DNA from: Squalus acanthias
Taxonomy: Eukaryota
DNA: 64,000 nucleotides
Assembly (NCBI GenBank): GCA_030390025.1
Contig: CM059431.1
Location: 115,570,001-115,634,000, forward strand
Direction: 5' to 3'
Each line of letters starts with the position of its first letter. Position 1 is the first letter of the stretch. This document shows, piece by piece, positions 61,725 to 64,000 of the stretch. Made by a program: the position numbers and the translations under genes. The notes below the pieces were generated by a model, which ran no database searches, had not been told where the DNA came from, and saw only the letters and a list, made by a program, of their open reading frames with translations.

Positions 61725-62381
61725 AAAAAAGCAAACCAAGCACTAGGGTTTATTTCTAGAGGGATAGAATTAAAAATAGTAAAGTTATGCTAAACTTGTA
61801 TCGAACCTTGGTTAGACCACACTTGGAGTATTGCGTGCAATTCTGGTCGCCATATTATAAAAAGGATATTAAGGCACTGGAGAGGGTGCAAAGAAGATTT
61901 ACAAGGATGATACCAGAAATGTGAGGGTATGCATCTCAGGAAAGGATGAACAGGCTGGGTCTCTTTTTTCTTGAAAAGAGAAGACTGAGGGGTGACCTAA
62001 TAGAGGTCTTTAAAATTATGAAAGGTTTTGATAGAGTAGATACAGAGAGAGTGTTTCCACTTGTGGGGAAGAGCAAAACTAGAGGCCATCAATATAAGAT
62101 AGTCACCAAGAAATCAAATAGGAAATTCAGAAGAAACTTCTTTACCCAGAGAGTGGTGAGAATGTGGAACTTGCTACCACAGGGAGTAGTTGAGGCAAAT
62201 AGTATAGATGCATTTAAAGGAGGCTAGATAAGCATATGAGGGAGAAGGGAATAGAGGGTTATGCTGGTAGAGTTAGATGAGGAAAGACGGGAGGAGGCTC
62301 GAGTGGAGCATAAACGCTGGCATGGACTGGTTGGGCCAAATGGCCTGTTTCTGTGCGTATATGCTATGTAATCCTATGTAA
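61725..62381 (+). mobile_element. CR1 3' fragment
   Basis: [15 protein letters not shown]...LEKRRLRGDLIEVFKI...FFTQRVVRMWNLLP, with tail TATGCTATGTAATCCTATGTAA. Confidence 0.93.
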
Positions 62382-62693
62382 AATTATGAGTTGCAGGCTT
62401 GCATTTTCCCAAGCTGCACTCTCTGGTAGCATAAAGAGGGGCAATGGAGGAAATAGCGAGTCCTCACGAACTCTGATTTTTCTTTGCACAAGTCAAGCAT
62501 GCCTGATAATTTAGTAGCAACAAAAATTGCTCGTAAGTTATGGAATGCTTTATGTGCAAAAAATATTTCACTTCACTTGATAGAAGTGTGTTCTTTTCAT
62601 ATCATAACTTGTGGACAGTTGATCAACTGTGGTCCTTCGTGTGTGTTGCACTTGCAGTAATTGAGGATGGGGTGAGAACAAGGATACAACAGA

Positions 62694-62789
62694 TTCTCTC
62701 TCCACAGGTGCTGCCTGACCTGCTGAGTATTTCCAGCATTTTCTGTTGTTATTTCAGATTTCCAGCACCCACAGTATTTTGCTATTGTA
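62694..62789 (+). mobile_element. Penelope terminal fragment (part downstream of the hammerhead)
   Basis: Matches 37197-37291. Confidence 0.85.
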
Positions 62790-64000
62790 TCCATATGGGA
62801 TCATTGGGCCAGTTAGAGTGAGGAAAGATATGATAATGGAGAACATGGCGTTGAGAAGATAAAGTAAGAGCAGGAACAGCAACAGTGATAAAGACACGAG
62901 ACAATGAAGAAGAGAATCTAAGTTGGACCTTGTTGAATGCTACGGGTCTGAAGACTCAAGATTGTTGTTTGAACCTATGAGTCTCAAAGTTATATTGGAG
63001 GAGGCAGATGGATAACATTAAGGTTATGAAATATAACAGAAAGAAAAGAAAATCAGAGTGCCTTGTCCATTAAAAACATTGGCATTGTGCTCTCAGTGGG
63101 CTAGGCCTCCAGCCATATGTTTCGACTGAAATCCGTGAAGGCCAGAATTTTTTTCTAGGAGTTCAAAACTGGCCCAGACTTTCCATCCTCTACTCTGCCA
63201 GCAATAGTTGAGAAAAAAAAAATATCTGCCGCAATAACTAATGGTTCCTGGCTGCATAACTATGTATTTAAATTACCACATTGCTGCCAGCTTGGAAACA
63301 ATGTTGAACTGGAGTGGAGTTGTTTGCTGAGAAGCCAGCTATTGCCCATCAGAGGAGTCCAGCGCATTCAGAAGTAATTGTGAAACGCAATTAAACTCAC
63401 TGTACTGATCTGAATGGCAAAATATGTGAGGTTTCAGCTTGAATGTGATAATTAATCACAAGGGGTTCTTCTTCTATATATTAGTAAAGAACAGTCTGTG
63501 ACTAACAAGTCTGTCCTTTTATACTAGGATTCTTTTCCATATGGATTCAGTACTTGTTATTGTAAATTAGAATTGGCTGCATTTCACAATTTACAGCATT
63601 CCCAGCATAAACAAACACGTTACATTCTCAGGTTTAGACTAACTTCCTGTGCTTTCCACTAAAGGTGGCAGCTGCCAGATTAATATCTTGAAACGACTGC
63701 CCTTTGGTGCTTTGTGACAGTTTACGATAGATGCATACTACCCTCGCTTTACAGGCCGCAATGGCCAAGTGCAGCCAGGTGTTAGCCAAGTAGCAGCTAA
63801 GTTGCATAAGCATTGTATTGTGCTCCCATTATTATGCTGTCCCGCTGAGACCACGACTCCAGTTGTGTTTTAAAAGAGATGGATAGACGTTTTATAAATT
63901 GAAAACAAAATTGCAGAATAAGACCAAGTTCCAGTCCATGTTGGCTGATTTTTCAAAAATGGAAAAGTGGTGGGCAAATCTGAATAGCTATTTCACTCGT

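Overview
Eukaryotic, repeat-dense, apparently non-genic (intergenic or intronic) vertebrate DNA. The repeat set (DeuSINE/SacSINE1-type SINEs, CR1, L2, RTE, Penelope, Harbinger MITEs) points to a cartilaginous fish such as a shark; this is inferred from family resemblance, not from a search. I found no credible host exon, RNA gene or CRISPR array, and nearly all ORFs in the track are transposon fragments or their antisense shadows. Main structures: (1) a four-level nest at 1-7258, in which a Gypsy element (short 5' LTR, tRNA-Ser PBS) is split by a CR1 LINE, which is split by a solo LTR, which holds a Penelope terminal fragment and a MITE end; (2) a young 5'-truncated Penelope element (34757-37291) whose ~709-codon RT+GIY-YIG frame has a single stop and whose 3' repeat holds a minimal hammerhead ribozyme, plus several 60-120 bp Penelope-terminus insertions, three with TSDs; (3) a CR1/L2-group LINE (56701-60228, minus) with no ORF1, whose 5' end is a tRNA-type SINE head, and a SINE (48460-48980) sharing both that head and the LINE 3' tail; (4) a second solo LTR, decayed Harbinger transposase and Myb fragments, palindromic MITEs and a G-rich 21-bp minisatellite. 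Boundaries of old repeats are approximate and family names come from recalled consensus sequences.
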